35,245 nucleotides of DNA from Chiloscyllium plagiosum (taxonomy: Eukaryota), in assembly GCF_004010195.1 (NCBI RefSeq), contig NC_057718.1, positions 35,794,235 through 35,829,479 on the forward strand, written 5' to 3'. Under the pieces are notes generated by a model. It was not told the DNA's origin, made no database searches, and worked only from the letters and a program-made list of their open reading frames with translations. A program made the position numbers and the translations under genes. Positions 1 through 12,099 of the stretch are shown here, piece after piece; position 1 is the stretch's first letter; the number at the start of each line of letters is the position of its first letter.

Positions 1-735
1 CCGACGCCCCAGGGAAAACAGCCCCAGTCTGTTCAGCCTCTCACCGTAGCTCAAATTCTCCAACCCTGGGAACATCCTTGTAAATCTTTTCTGAACCCTT
101 TCAAGTTTCACAAAGAGACCAGAACTGCATGCAATATTCTAACAGTGTCCTAACCAATGTCCTGTATAGCCGCAATATGACCTCCCAACTCCTGTACTCA
201 ATACTCTGACCAGTAAAGGAAAGCATACCAAACGCCTTCTTCACTATCCTATCTACCTGCGACTCCACTTTGAAGGAGCTATGAACCTGCCCTCCAAGGT
301 CCCTTTATTCAGCAACACTCCCTATGACCTTACCATTAAGTGTGTAAGTCCTGCTAAGATTTGCTTTCCCAAAATGCAGCACCTCACATTTATCTGAATT
401 AAACTCCATCTGCCACTTCTCAGCCCACTGGCCCAGCTGATCAAGATCCCCATTGTAATCTGAGGTAACCTTCTTCACTGACAATTACACCTCCAATTTT
501 GGTGTCATCTGCAAACTTACTAACTATACTCTTATGCTCACATCCAAATCATTTATGTAAATAACAAAAAGTAGTGGACCCAGCACCGATCCTTGTGGCA
601 CTCCACTGGTCACAGGCCTCCAGTCTGAAAAACAACCCTTCACCACCACCCTCTGTCTTTACCTTTGAGCAAGTTCTGTATCCAAATGACTAGTTCTCTC
701 TGTATTCCATGAGATCTAACCTTGCTAACCAGTCA
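1..735 (-). mobile_element. CR1/HER1-type LINE fragment (RT C-terminal part), runs off the window start
   Basis: Reverse complement contains [34 protein letters not shown] and RVQKRFTRM-type motifs. Closely similar to 19190-19945. Confidence 0.9.
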
Positions 736-759
736 TCTATAAACTTTAGGTCATCCAAA

Positions 760-892
760 ACTCTCCTGACTGTGTCTTAATTCAACACAAGTTCCATTTC
801 CTTACCACCTCTGCGCTCAATGACTTGCACTTGTTTCGGGTGCAGCAACATTAGGACTTTAAAGTTCCTGTTCATGTTTTCATATCCCTCCA
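760..892 (+). mobile_element. Old L2-like LINE 3' fragment
   Basis: Degenerate match to the L2 C-terminal 'ITP.L.DLHWL.V.Q...FK.L..VF.SLH' coding sequence. Confidence 0.55.
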
Positions 893-3800
893 CAAAGAAA
901 GAGGAACAGTTATGTTGACAGATTATGGAAAAATGTAAAAACAAACGGTTGTGCGTGATTTTAAACTTCCCTTATATTGACTGGGAATCGCCTAGTACAG
1001 GGGCTTGGATAAGGGTGAATTTGTTGGGTGTGTCCAGGGCCATTTTATTGAAACGATGTGTGAACAGTCCAGCTAGGTAAGGGACCATACTAGACCTGGC
1101 ATTGGGGAATGAGCCCGGCCAGGTAATTGAAGTTGCAGTGAGGGAGTATTTCTGGAACAGTGACCATAATTCTGTAAGTTTGAAGCTACATATCGATAAA
1201 AACAAGAGTAGTCTTCGGGAGAAAGTATTAAATCGGGGGATGGTTAACTACCACAATATTATGCAGGGACTGAGGAATGTAAATTGGGGGCAGCTGTCTG
1301 TCAACCCAGATCTGGCATGTGGGAATCTTTTTAAGGCCAGTTGGTTAGAGTTCAGGACCACAATGTGTCTGTCAAAATGAAGGAGAAGGATAGCAAGATT
1401 TGGATGACAAAGAAATTAAGAGCTTAGTCAAAAAGAAAAAGGAGGCATTCGCAAGGTTTAGAAAACTGAAGGCCCTCGAAGAATGCAAAGGAAAAAAAAC
1501 TCAAACTAGGAATGAAGAAGGGTAAAAGGAGCCACAAAATGTCTTTGGCCAACAGGATTAAGGAAAATCTCAAGGCATTTTATACATTTTTTGGAACAAG
1601 TAGGGAGCTAGGGAAAGAGCAGGTCCATTTAAGGCCAAAGGAGGGAATTTATACATGGATCCGGAGAAAGTGGGTGAGATCCTTAATGAACACTTTGCAT
1701 TGTATTCACAACATGTCAATATAAAAAAGGAAGAGGTCATAGAGATGAACAGCATGGAAATAGGCCCTTCGGTCCAACTCGTCCATGTTGACCACCTCTC
1801 TTATGTAAACCTAGTCCCATTTGCAAGCATTTGGCCCATATCTCTCTAAACCCTTCTTATTCATATACACATCCAGATGCCTTTCATTTGTTGTAATTTT
1901 ACCAGCCTCCACCACTTCCTCTGGCAGCTCATTCCATACACGTACCACCCTCTGCATGAAAAACTGCACCTTTGGTCTCTTTAAGTTTTCTCCTCTAATC
2001 TTAAACCTCTGCCCTCTAGTTTCGGACTCCCCCATCCCAACACTAGGTGGCTCCCAGTCAATACAGGGGAAGTTTAAAATCACTTACAATCCTTTGTTTT
2101 TACATTTTTCCATAATCTGTCAACATATCCATTCCTCAATATCAGTGAGGGAATATGAAAACAAGAACAGGAATTTTAAAATCCTGATGTTGAGGGACCC
2201 GAAACAAATGCAAGTCATTGACCCTATCCATGCCCCTCATGATTCTATAAACCTCTATAAGGTGATCCCTCAGCCTCTGACACTCCAGGGAAAATAGCCC
2301 CAGCCTATTCAGCCTTGCCCTAAAGTTCAAACCCTAACCCTGGCAACATCCTTGCAAATCTTTTCTGAACTCTTTCAAGTTTCACAACATCCTTCTTATA
2401 GGAGGGAGACCAGGATTGCATGCAATATTCCAAAAGTGGCCAAGCCAATGTCCTGTATAGCCATGACATGACCTTCCAACTCCTATACTCAATGCACTGA
2501 TCAATAAAGGCAAGCATACCAAATGCCTTCCTCACTATCCTATCTACCTGCGACTCCACTTTCAAGGAACTAGCAACTGGCACTCCAAGGTCTCTTTGTT
2601 CAGTAACACTCCCTAGGATCTTACCATTAAGTGTAAAAGTCTTGCTTTGATTTGCCTTTCCAAAATGCAAAGCATTTTAGTAAACAGGTTGCTGGGACCT
2701 GATGAGATCTATTCCAGAATGCCAAGAGAGGCAGGCGTGGTAATTGCTGGGGCTTGTACAAAATCTTTGTATTCTCTTCGGTCACAGGAGAAGTCCCAGA
2801 GGACTGGAAAATAGCCAACATTGTTCCTTTGTTTAAGAAGGGCAACAGGGATAATCTGAGAAATTGGAGGCCAGCGAGCCTTGCGTCAGCAGTAGGGAAA
2901 TTATCAAAGAATATTCTTTGGGATTGGATTTACTCACATTTGGAAAAATATGGACATAAGAGATTACCTTTGTGTGGGTAAGGTGTTGCCCATACGGATT
3001 TTAGCAAGGCTTTTGGCAAGATCCCTCATGGCAGTCTGATACAAAAGGTGAAGTTATATGGGATCTGTGGTGAGGGACAAGGTGGACACAGAACTGGCGT
3101 AGTCATAGAAGGCAGAGTAGCAATGGAAGGATGTTTTTCAGACTGGAGATCTCTGATCAGTGGTGTTCCACAGGGATCAGTGCTGGGACCCCTGTTGCTC
3201 ATAATAATACACATACACATATAAATAAATGATTTGCAGGAGAATGTAGGTGACTTGATTAGAAGATTTGCAAACACCAAGATTGGGAGAGCTGCAGATA
3301 GTGAGGAGGATTGCCAGAGGATACAGCAGGATATAGATAGGCTGGAGACTTTAATTCAGACAAATGCAAAATGATGCATTTTAGGAGATATACAGAAGGC
3401 AAGTATACAATAAATGTTTGAACCCTTAGAAGCATTAACATAGAAGGATCCTTGCGTACACAGTTCCCTTCAAGTGGAACCACAAATGGATATGGTGGCA
3501 TAAATCATATGGTATTCTTGCCTTCATTGGTTAGAACTTTACTGATTCCACTTTTGGAATATTGAGTACTGCTCAGGTCGTCACATTACCAGAAGGATGC
3601 AGAGACTCTGGAGAGGGTACAGTAATTGTTTACTAGGATGTTGGCTGGTTTGGAGGGAATTAGCTATGAGGAGCGATTGGACAGAGTTGACTTTTCACCT
3701 GAATATGAAAAGGATTAAGGGCTGACAGAAGTTGACAAAATTAAGAGGCATGAATCATGAAGAGCCTTTCTCTCAGGGCAGAAATGTCAATTACTAGGCA

Positions 3801-3990
3801 ACTTAGATTCAAGGTAAAAAGGGGAAAGTTTAAAGGCGATGTTAGAGGCGGTAAGTGCCTTGAATACACTGACAGAAGAATATGGATCGCACAGAAGTAA
3901 AAGGTTTTTAGTTTAGAAAGGCATCATGTGTTGGCAGTCTTGATGGGTCGAAGAGCTTGTTCCTGTGCTGTACTATCCTTTGTTCTGTAT
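893..3990 (+). mobile_element. Decayed CR1 LINE ORF2 (endonuclease C-term to 3' tail), interrupted at ~1736-2675 by an antisense CR1
   Basis: DFN.P.IDW, LDL..GNEPGQV, SDHNSV, then after the insert [29 protein letters not shown], and a 3' tail near 3945-3990. Many stops and frameshifts. Confidence 0.88.
1736..2675 (-). mobile_element. 5'-truncated CR1/HER1 LINE nested in the plus-strand CR1
   Basis: ORFs 2320-2670 and 1811-2083 encode the CR1 C-terminus ([29 protein letters not shown]). The HER1-type 3' tail is at ~1736-1790. Confidence 0.9.
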
Positions 3991-4299
3991 CAACTCATTA
4001 AGCCCTTCATTGATAAGCCCCAATATTGTATTAAGTATGCCATCTGTAAACATTTGAAAATCTCTAATCATAGTATTGCTATTTATAACAAAGCAAACAC
4101 ATGAACGTATGAGTTTGTCATCTAAATCACAAATACGTCAAAGGTACAATATTTCAGATGCAGCAATATTACATTTTACCAAGTAAACTGTGTAAAGATG
4201 ACTGCTGGGAGTTCAAACTTTAGCACCAACAAAAAACTTTGTGGAAGAAATGTTTGAATAAGTACATCATAATATCAAAAACAATAATCAATATTTTAC

Positions 4300-4363
4300 C
4301 TCTTTTTCCAAATAGCAGGCTACTGACTCGGTTTCGTTCAAAAGTGAAACACCACACTTGCCC
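4300..4363 (-). CDS. MTA3: Next coding exon (64 nt) of MTA3 (BAH domain)
   Basis: Minus strand reads TTTTTTCCTCCAG|G GGC AAG TGT GGT GTT TCA CTT TTG AAC GAA ACC GAG TCA GTA GCC TGC TAT TTG GAA AAA GAG|GTAAAA = (R)GKCGVSLLNETESVACYLEKE. The first G completes the AG|G Arg codon of the upstream exon, and the peptide matches MTA GKCSV.LLNETES. Not in the ORF track. Confidence 0.92.
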
Positions 4364-4859
4364 CTGGAGGAAAAAATACATTTATTTAAGCAAAATTCCA
4401 AATAAAGTCACTAAATGTTTCCCGTTACAATAGAAAACATTTAAAACATTCTTGTCAGCAGGTTTCTGCTTCACCACTGCCTATTTAATTGGCAGCTTTT
4501 AGAAAAAAAATCTTGATTCTTTACCAGGACTCTACCTCTTTCCTCGATGTTTGTCCTTACTGAAATTAGTTAACATTACATTTAAAAATACCTCCTAGAG
4601 TGATAGGAAGCAAATTAATGCCTTCCTCCACTCACACCTGACAAGAAACATGTCAAATTATTCTTACAAGGCAAAATACCAAGTTTTGAAATCAGGGAAA
4701 TAACAGAAGCTTCATAATCTCTCACATGGCTGTTGCAACATTACCCAAGTCTCACCATTTAAGTTTTTGATGGCTGCAAAATATCAACAAAGTACTGTTT
4801 ATCATCAGTCTTTTTTTTTATTAGTTCTCTTCACTCGTTCATCAGAGGTATGGCCTCTT

Positions 4860-4960
4860 TTGTTCTGATGAAAAACCACCAATACAAAACTCGACTCCAT
4901 AGATCTAACCAGGCTTGCTGAGCGGTTTTAATTTCAGACTGCCAGCTTCCACAGTATTTT
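4860..4960 (+). mobile_element. Highly decayed PLE-derived terminal repeat fragment
   Basis: GTTCTGATGAA...CTTGCTGAG...TTTCAGA...CCAGC resembles the elements at 17683-17910 and 20490-20610. Confidence 0.4.
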
Positions 4961-5045
4961 GTGAAATGATATAATTTCCACCTCAAGCTCTTAAGTAGCC
5001 TTCCATATTCTCTTTTATCCTATCTACTGGCACAGCATGAATTCC

Positions 5046-5533
5046 ACAACTGTGGTCTCAAGCTAAAAATCTATCACGTGAAGGATTCTAAGGACCTTAG
5101 GACTGTATAGTCTTTATTCTTTCTGACAATGCCAGAACACAGTTCCTTTACAATTTATTGCCTGTGTGCGCGTGTGAGCGTACGCGTGTATGTACATATG
5201 TCCAGGAACTACATTGACTACTTTTATTGTGCATGATCAAGGAACTATGAAATGGGGTCAGTCAAGTCCCCTCACTCCATTGGTCGCAACAAATATTTTT
5301 ATTAAGCTTACAGCTATCACTCTTCTTACACAACATTGCAGCTGACTCTTTACTTTTGATTAGTTTAATGTTTTCGTGAACATACATAACACACACACAC
5401 ACGCACAAACAAACATAGACAATAAATTGTAAAGGAACTGTGTGTCTGGCATTGACAAAGAATAAAGACTATACAGTCCTGATTTCCTTAGAATCCTTCA
5501 GATGTTACATTTTTATCCTGAGATCACAGTTGT
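5046..5533. mobile_element. Foldback/MITE-like element with long terminal inverted repeats
   Basis: 5046-5165 (ACAACTGTGGTCTCA...GGACTGTATAGTCTTTATTCTTT...CAGTTCCTTTACAATTTATTG) is the reverse complement of ~5415-5533. (TG)n and (CA)n tracts extend the symmetry. The right end is followed by TA. Confidence 0.75.
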
Positions 5534-5583
5534 ATAATTGTTGACTTGCATCATCTGCTGAAGTTTGCAGATAACCTAGAGAG

Positions 5584-5840
5584 AATCTTTGAGGAGAAAG
5601 TGAGGTCTGCAGATGCTGGAGATCAGAGCTGAAAATGTGTTGATCACCCTCACCTTGACCTCTTTCCACCTATCACATTTCCGACGCCCCTCCCCCAAGT
5701 CCCTCCTCCCTACCTTTTATCTTAGCCTGCTGGACAAACTTTCCTCATTCCTGAAGAAGGGCTTATGCCCGAAACGTTGATTCTCCTGTTCCCTGGATGC
5801 TGCCTGACCTGCTGCACTTTTCCAGCAACACATTTTCAGC
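5584..5840 (+). mobile_element. Non-autonomous PLE-derived element with inverted end, 14-bp TSD and hammerhead-like core
   Basis: TSD GATAACCTAGAGAG at 5570-5583 and 5841-5854. GCTGAAAATGTGTTG (5628-5642) is inverted relative to CAACACATTTTCAGC (5826-5840). Hammerhead-like motif at 5747-5782. Confidence 0.8.
5747..5782 (+). ncRNA. Minimal hammerhead ribozyme-like motif (GUU triplet)
   Basis: AUUC-CUGAAGA-A-GGGC-UUAU-GCCC-GAAAC-GUU-GAUU. Confidence 0.55.
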
Positions 5841-6479
5841 GATAACCTAGAGAGTCAAGGTTGCTTGCCCAATTTGCTTTTTCATTGTACTATCTACTTA
5901 GATGAGAATGAACAAGGAGGTAGAAACTTTCAGTCCTTCCTCTTAACAATGGATTTTCTTTCTCTCCCTCTGCTGTTAATTTGCAAGCCTGGCTCCATTC
6001 TCTTTCCAAGCTGAATAGCTGCACACAAACTTTGATGTATATCTACACACATGCTGAACAAGCTGAATTTAAACAGGAGATGCAAAATTCTTAACACTGA
6101 CTCAGTTGTCTGATTTCAAATGTTTTAGATAAAATAAATGGTGTCCTAGACTTCCTTCAATCTGTAGTCAGATAATCACAGCAGCCATTTTAGGCATTCT
6201 TAGATATTGAAGCTCAGATGAAACAAGTTGAAAATTTACACTGCATATTTTACCACTATCATGGCAGATGTCATTACAATTGAGCCTAATTCCTTTTCAG
6301 CCACAAACATACACTTTCCAGAAATAATCACTGGATAACAGAGCAGGAGCTTTGCCAGTAGTTTCCTATCTCTAACCTAGGAATTCTGAACCCAATTGTG
6401 GTGTACCATTGAGGCAGTGATTGGAATCAACTACCTCAACCTGAGATTAAAACTAGGTGGCTATGATCCATCAGCCTTA

Positions 6480-6725
6480 GCTTATTCACTCCTCTAAACC
6501 AGAAGGATCCGAATTCAACCCTACTCCACAACTCAAGCACATAATCTGGATAGGCATTTCAATGCATTACTAACATATTTCTGCAGTATGTGCAGTGCAA
6601 TCTTTAAAACAAAACATTAAACTTAAGTATCATTAACTCTTGTGGATATAAATGATGATATTGTTTGAAATAAAACGATGGAATTCTCCCAGTATCTTGA
6701 CCAACAATCATGCCTCAAACAATAT
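6480..6725 (+). mobile_element. Decayed Deu-domain SINE (SacSINE1-like)
   Basis: Remnant tRNA B-box (GAATTCAACCC), then CTCAAGCACATAATCT...ACATTAAAC...GGAATTCTCCCAGTATCTTGACCAAC, resembling the recalled DeuSINE consensus. Confidence 0.5.
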
Positions 6726-7014
6726 AACAATGGTCACCCATACCCATACAGTTCTGCAAAGAGATCTTTACCTCAGGGACTAATGCTGAATCACTGTTGA
6801 ATTTTTCCCCTTTTGTAGAGTAGAAACACTAATGCCAATTGCATAGTGCTTATTATTAAGTCAGATTAGGTTAGCTAATGTGGGTCAGGTAAAAGTTACC
6901 AGAGCCACATACCCCATTAGGTTACTAGGCCACCATAGACCTAAAATACAATGAGTTACCATTTAAGGACAGTAGATGAAGTATGTTTCTTTTTCAATAC
7001 CATCTACAAAATAC

Positions 7015-7348
7015 ACTGCAGCAACTCACCAATATTTCTCAACAGCACTTTCCAAACCAGTGGTCTCTACCAGCTCGAAGTGGTCTCCACCAGCTACAAA
7101 CAGCACATGCATGGAAACACAAAAACATTGCATGATTCCCTCTAGCTTCCTCACAATTCCGATTTACTTGGATATCCCAATCAAAATCCTGTGTGCTTAC
7201 CTCACAAATTTGGGTGCACCTATACCACATGGACTGTAGTGGTTTGAGATGCCAGTTCATCACTACTGTTTCAAGGACAATTAGGAATGCGCAATATATT
7301 CTGGCCTTGATAGCAACATTAGTATCATATGAATTAACTTTAAAAATC
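7015..7348 (+). mobile_element. 3' end of a CR1/L2-group LINE (same family as 15650-16680)
   Basis: CAGCACTTTCCAAACC...CAAAATCCTG...TCAAGGACAATTAGGAATG...CTGGCCTTG 3' tail; shares motifs with 16430-16680. Confidence 0.6.
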
Positions 7349-7364
7349 AGATGGATAAATAATA

Positions 7365-7535
7365 TCTGGTCTGCCTGTTCATGTGAGTATAAATGAATCC
7401 ACGGAGGCTTTCCTTTAATTTAGAAAAGCCTCTCTGGGTTCTGGACAACATTCTTCCTTCAACCAACACTACATCAGCTTTAAGTGTTCATTCATTTCAT
7501 TTCTTGCTGTAGATGCTTACTGCATATAAAATGTT
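7365..7535 (+). mobile_element. Second decayed Deu-domain SINE fragment
   Basis: GGTCTGCCTGTTCA...TATAAATGAATCCA...CCTTCAACCAACACTAC resembles the Deu core. Confidence 0.4.
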
Positions 7536-7544
7536 CACCATATT

Positions 7545-8365
7545 AGGATATAATGAATAGGAGACAGAGGGGACTATGTTGAGCCTGCACCTTCAGTAAA
7601 ATCATGCCAGAACCTTTACTCCAACTCCACATTCACGCAATATCCCTATAACCCTTAATTCAATTAGTACACAAAAGTCTATCAACATCTTAAATATACT
7701 CAACAACTAAACCACAGAGCTCTCTACTATCAGGATTATTATACATTCACAGTCTTCTGAATGGACAAACCTCTTGCCTCAATCCTAAGTAGCAAACAGA
7801 GGCTGTGAACGGACGTATAACTTCTGCAGCTGAGGAAGCATTTTTTTCATTACCTTCCTAGTCAAGCTCGCTAAGGCTTTTGTGTGTTTCAATCAGATCA
7901 CTGTTCATTCTTCTAAACTCCAGGAAATACAGACTTAGTCTACTCTGAACTTTTGTTGCACTCTCTGTATGGCATATACATCTTTTCTTTGGTAAGGAAA
8001 CAAACTGCCATCACCATTCTGGGTGTGGCTGCACTAATGCCCTTCATAACTCCAGTAAGAATTCATTACTTCTCTCTAATCTGTTTGTAATAACAAGCTA
8101 ACGTTATTAGTCTTCTTAACTTCTTGCTATACCTGCATGTTAACTTTCTGTCATTTATGTGTAAGGATATACAAGTCCTTCTCAGTGTACAGTATAAAAT
8201 TCCCAGTCTCTCACCACTCAAAAATTTTCCTGTCAAAGTGAATAACTTCACACTTTGCCACTTCATTTTCCATTTGTCATATTTTGGCCCACTCACTCAA
8301 ACTATTTCTCTCTACAATCTCCTCACCACTTACTTTCTCACCTAACTCTGTATTGTCCATAAACT
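7545..8365 (-). mobile_element. Old CR1 LINE 3' portion
   Basis: Reverse complement gives a CR1 C-terminus remnant (W...W.M...V..C.V.HF.RK); tail motif AATAGGAG...GAGCCTGC at ~7555-7590. Confidence 0.65.
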
Positions 8366-8579
8366 CAGAAGAGAGGACCAACTGCAACAAACCAAAGTTA
8401 TTCTATTGCAGAAATAACAGAAACTGCACTACAAAATTCATAAATAGCTGAATATTTTGGAATGGCTTAATTAGGGATTTTTATTTCATTTTGGTTTCCC
8501 ATTACAGCATCAGTGAGCTCAAAAGGTCCATATTCTCACCAAGGCTCTTGTGTTTATTTATCATATAGGTTTAATTTAG

Positions 8580-9560
8580 TAAAATGTCCTCAGACATTAA
8601 ATGCAGAGCAAATAGGAAAGATGATTGCACACAGTCAAAACTTATACGGTGAGGAAAATGTCAAAGCCAGAGAATAAAGTAGCAAGTGAAGACGTTTAGG
8701 GTGAGAACTAGATGGTGGGACGAAAATATTAAAAGACTTGTCGCATGAGGATAATGTGCAAAAAAAGCAGGATGAGAGGACCACAGTACAGTAAGATGGT
8801 GCAGAGCTAAGAGATGGGGGGGAGAAAGCAACAAGAACTTCAAAAATCAATGCATTGAGGTACAAAGGTTGCGTGAGGACAGCTACGTGTCAAGTGAACA
8901 GAATCTGTGGTGGACTGGATGTGGACAATTTTGAACAAGGTGGAGTTTGCATAGAGTAGAATGAGGGAGGACAACAGTGAGTAAGAGAGTGGGGGTGGAA
9001 CTGAAGTAACAAAGACAAGGTGGATGTGAAACAGAAGAGAGTCAGGTTGGGGAACAGGAGATGGAAACAGAACTAATATTAAGCTTAATGAATAATAGAA
9101 AATGAGATTTAAAACTTCATTTAAGGTCAAACAATTAACTGAGATTTGCAACTTCTGGATCAAACTGAACAGATAGAGTGAAGGGAGTGTTTTGAAGGAT
9201 ATTTACTGGAAAGAATATTCCACATTAAATATCATGTCTGATAAACTGTCCACAACAGAGATAGACATGGAATTGCAAGTGTTGTGAGTACCAAGAGGCA
9301 ATATATAAAAAAAACTGTATGATGGAATTAATGGAGTGGAGGAGTTGCTGGAGACAGACTGACTACATGGGACAGAGAAGAGTAGGACTGAGCAACCAAA
9401 ATGAATTAAAAGCAGATGAGGGGATGCATAAGGGAACACATTGAAGTGATTGCCTACATCAAATGTCATGAATTATCATTACAAACAAGAAATGATGTGC
9501 CACAGTTCTAGTCACAGAATATGATATCACTGAATATTTTGACTAAGATAGTCTTGGTGT
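8580..9560 (-). mobile_element. Old L2-like LINE remnant(s)
   Basis: Purine-rich plus strand whose reverse complement resembles the L2 ORF2 C-terminus (IH..FVTS...YANS.L.....IQ). Confidence 0.45.
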
Positions 9561-10230
9561 TCACATTATGACTGAAGCAGTAAGTGACTAAATTAGTAAA
9601 TAGGTGGTAAAGTAATAAGACAAGCAGAAATATTTGACATTTTCATATTTTATTTTCCCTTAGATGTTTGTTTCAGAGATGCCTTCGCTACTGCCTCTGA
9701 ACCTATAGGGCCAGTATGAATTCCATTTCAGGCAACAGATGATGCAGTCAATAAGTTAGTCCAACAGGTTGACATCAACTTGCAAATCCTTTTAATACAC
9801 CCCTAGCAGGAATAACAGCCAGAGCTTTCTGGTCAGCCATGATTCACATGGACTGACTTCCCACAATTTATCGGTTCTAGTGACAGACTTGGAACCCATT
9901 ACAGAAAAACTAGTTTGGAAACTGACTTAAGTATGTGCTACAAAGCCCAGGAAAATAAAAGACGAATAATGTTTATTGTAGTTCTATATACTGGGGGGAG
10001 AAAGCAACTCTAAATATTGAGCAGCTTTATCCCTGCATTAGTTTTCAGCATTTGAAGGTTTGAACTGAAGACTTACAAAAGCAGGTGATCTAAAACCAAC
10101 AAACAAGCAGACCTTGGAACACAAGAGAAAAGAAAGTAATTTTAGACAAACAGTGGATTAACTATTCTATGGGTAAATTAATCATATTCTATTTAATTGT
10201 GAAAGTAGGCATGTCTTTTATGCAGAAGGA

Positions 10231-11298
10231 TACAAAGCTGGATGTATGTTTGCTCACTGAGCTGGAAGGTTTATTTTCAGACGTTTCGTCACGATAGTAG
10301 GTATCATCATCAGTGGGCCTCCGGTGAAGCACTGGTCGTATGGCCCGCATTTTGTGCTTAGGTTTCCTTGGGTTGGTGATGTCATTCTGGTAGTGATGTA
10401 ATTTCCTGTTTTCTTACCTCAAGGGGTGGTGAATGGGATCCAAGTCAATGTGTTTGTTGATAGAGTTCCAGTTGGAATGCCAAGCTTCTAGGAATTCTCG
10501 CATGTGTCTCGGTTTGGCTTGTCCTAGGATAGATGTGTTGTCCCAGTCGAAGTCTTGTCCCTCCTCATCTGTATGTAAAGATACTAGTGAGAGTTGGTCA
10601 TGTCTTTTTGTGGCTAGTTTTCTGCCTGTTTGTCCAATGTAGTGTTTGTTACAATTCTTGCAAGGTATTTTGTAAATGACATTAGTTTTGCTGTTGTCTG
10701 TACAGGGTCTTTCAAGTTCATTAGCTGCTGTTTTAGTGTGTTGGTGGGTTTGTGGGCTACCATGGCGCCAAGGGGTCTGAGTAGTCTGGCAGTCACTTCC
10801 GAAGTGTCTTTGATATAGAGGAGAGTGGCTAGGGTTTCTGGACGTATTTTGTCTGCTTTTTGGGTTTGTTGCTCAGAAATCTGTGGACTGTGTTCATGGG
10901 TACCCATTCTTTTTAAACACACTGTATACGTGATTTTCCTCTGCTCTTCGTAGTTCCTCTGGGCTGCAGTGTGCGGTGGCTCATTGAAATAATGTTCTAA
11001 TGCAGCTCGGTTTGTGGGTGTTGGGATGATTGTCTCTGTAGTTCAATATTTGCTCTGTATGTGTTATTTTCCTGTACACGCTGGTTTGAAGGTTCCCATT
11101 GGCTGTTCACTCTACTGCAACATCTAGGAATGGCAGTTTGGTGCTGTTTATCTCTACTTTAGTGAATTTTATGCCAGTAAGGGTATTGTTGATGGTCTTG
11201 AAGGTTTCCTCTAATTTTCTTGCATTTAGTGATGGCAAAGGTGTCATCCACGTAGCAGACCCAAAGTTTGGGCTGGATGGTTGGCAGAGCTGTTTGTT
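10231..11298 (-). mobile_element. Penelope-like retroelement, 5'-truncated (RT C-term, GIY-YIG region, pLTR)
   Basis: Contains GIKFT..E....LPFLDV.V, L.YIK..SEVTARLLRPLG..VAHKPTNTL, then C...YIGQT-like and AREFLEAWHS...INKHIDLD motifs. Terminal hammerhead-like motif at 10278-10315. Confidence 0.9.
10278..10315 (-). ncRNA. Hammerhead ribozyme-like motif in the PLE terminal repeat
   Basis: Minus strand CA-CUGAUGA-U-GAUAC..CUAUC-GUGAC-GAAAC-GUC-UG. The core is intact; stem II is imperfect. Confidence 0.6.
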
Positions 11299-11304
11299 TA
11301 AGTC

Positions 11305-11372
11305 AGCCAAGGCAGGAATTGAATCAGAGTCCCTAGCTTTGTGAGACAGCAGTGCTACCTACTGAGCTACCA
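11305..11372 (-). mobile_element. HE1-type SINE head fragment
   Basis: Reverse complement GGTAGCTCAGTAGTAGGTAGCACTGCTGTCTCACAAAGCTAGGGAC...GATTCAATTCC is a tRNA-derived head. Confidence 0.65.
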
Positions 11373-12099
11373 TTTAAACAAGTACACTATCAATGCCTGT
11401 AACATCAAGACAAAACCTTTAATAACTGAATGTTTGATATACATGTACATGCATAGTTTTGTATATATAAAAAAGATTCATTAGCATTTTTGACGTAGAA
11501 TCTTCATTCTAGAGGAATGTGAATTAACTAAGTCCACAATTAAAGTAAGCTGCAACACGTGACACAAAGGCCTGTTCTTTTCATTAGCCATACCGTCATT
11601 ATTTTCAGTGTAAAAGTAAGTTACACATGGGTACTTTGTGGAATCCCCAAAATAGCACATTCCAAAGGGACTGTCCAGGAAACTGAACTTTCTGCTGGGA
11701 AACTGTCACCTTCAGCAATGTGACATTCCTTTACACTGTATGAAATCTCAAGCGAAGATAACACAAAGGATTGGTACGCAAGATGTCGAACCCTGCAAAT
11801 TCAGAGCAAAGAATTCCGAACAATTCTGAATATATCACTGAAACCCATCAAGCTTCAATTTGGTCTAAATTATTTACTGCAAAAATGCAATGATTTCTGA
11901 TGAAGGAACATCAAGACCACTAATCTCAAATATGCAGTTGATCTGTTTCAATGTTCAACCCTTCATTTTTTATTTGTAGAGTCACAAAACTTAAAAGGAG
12001 CATTGAGTGAAACCTAATTGCTCTTGCAAAGTGTTAGTATTGGTTCAATGGGCCAAGTGGCCTCTACTGTTCTCTAAACATGCCATGAGATATTCTGTG

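Noticed and set aside
1..4299. Downstream MTA3 exon (FFYSLVYDP-type)
   Set aside because: The region is almost entirely LINE sequence and the motif was not found.
7059..7095. Direct repeat GTGGTCTC(T/C)ACCAGCT x2
   Set aside because: A small slippage duplication inside a decayed LINE tail, with no evidence of function.
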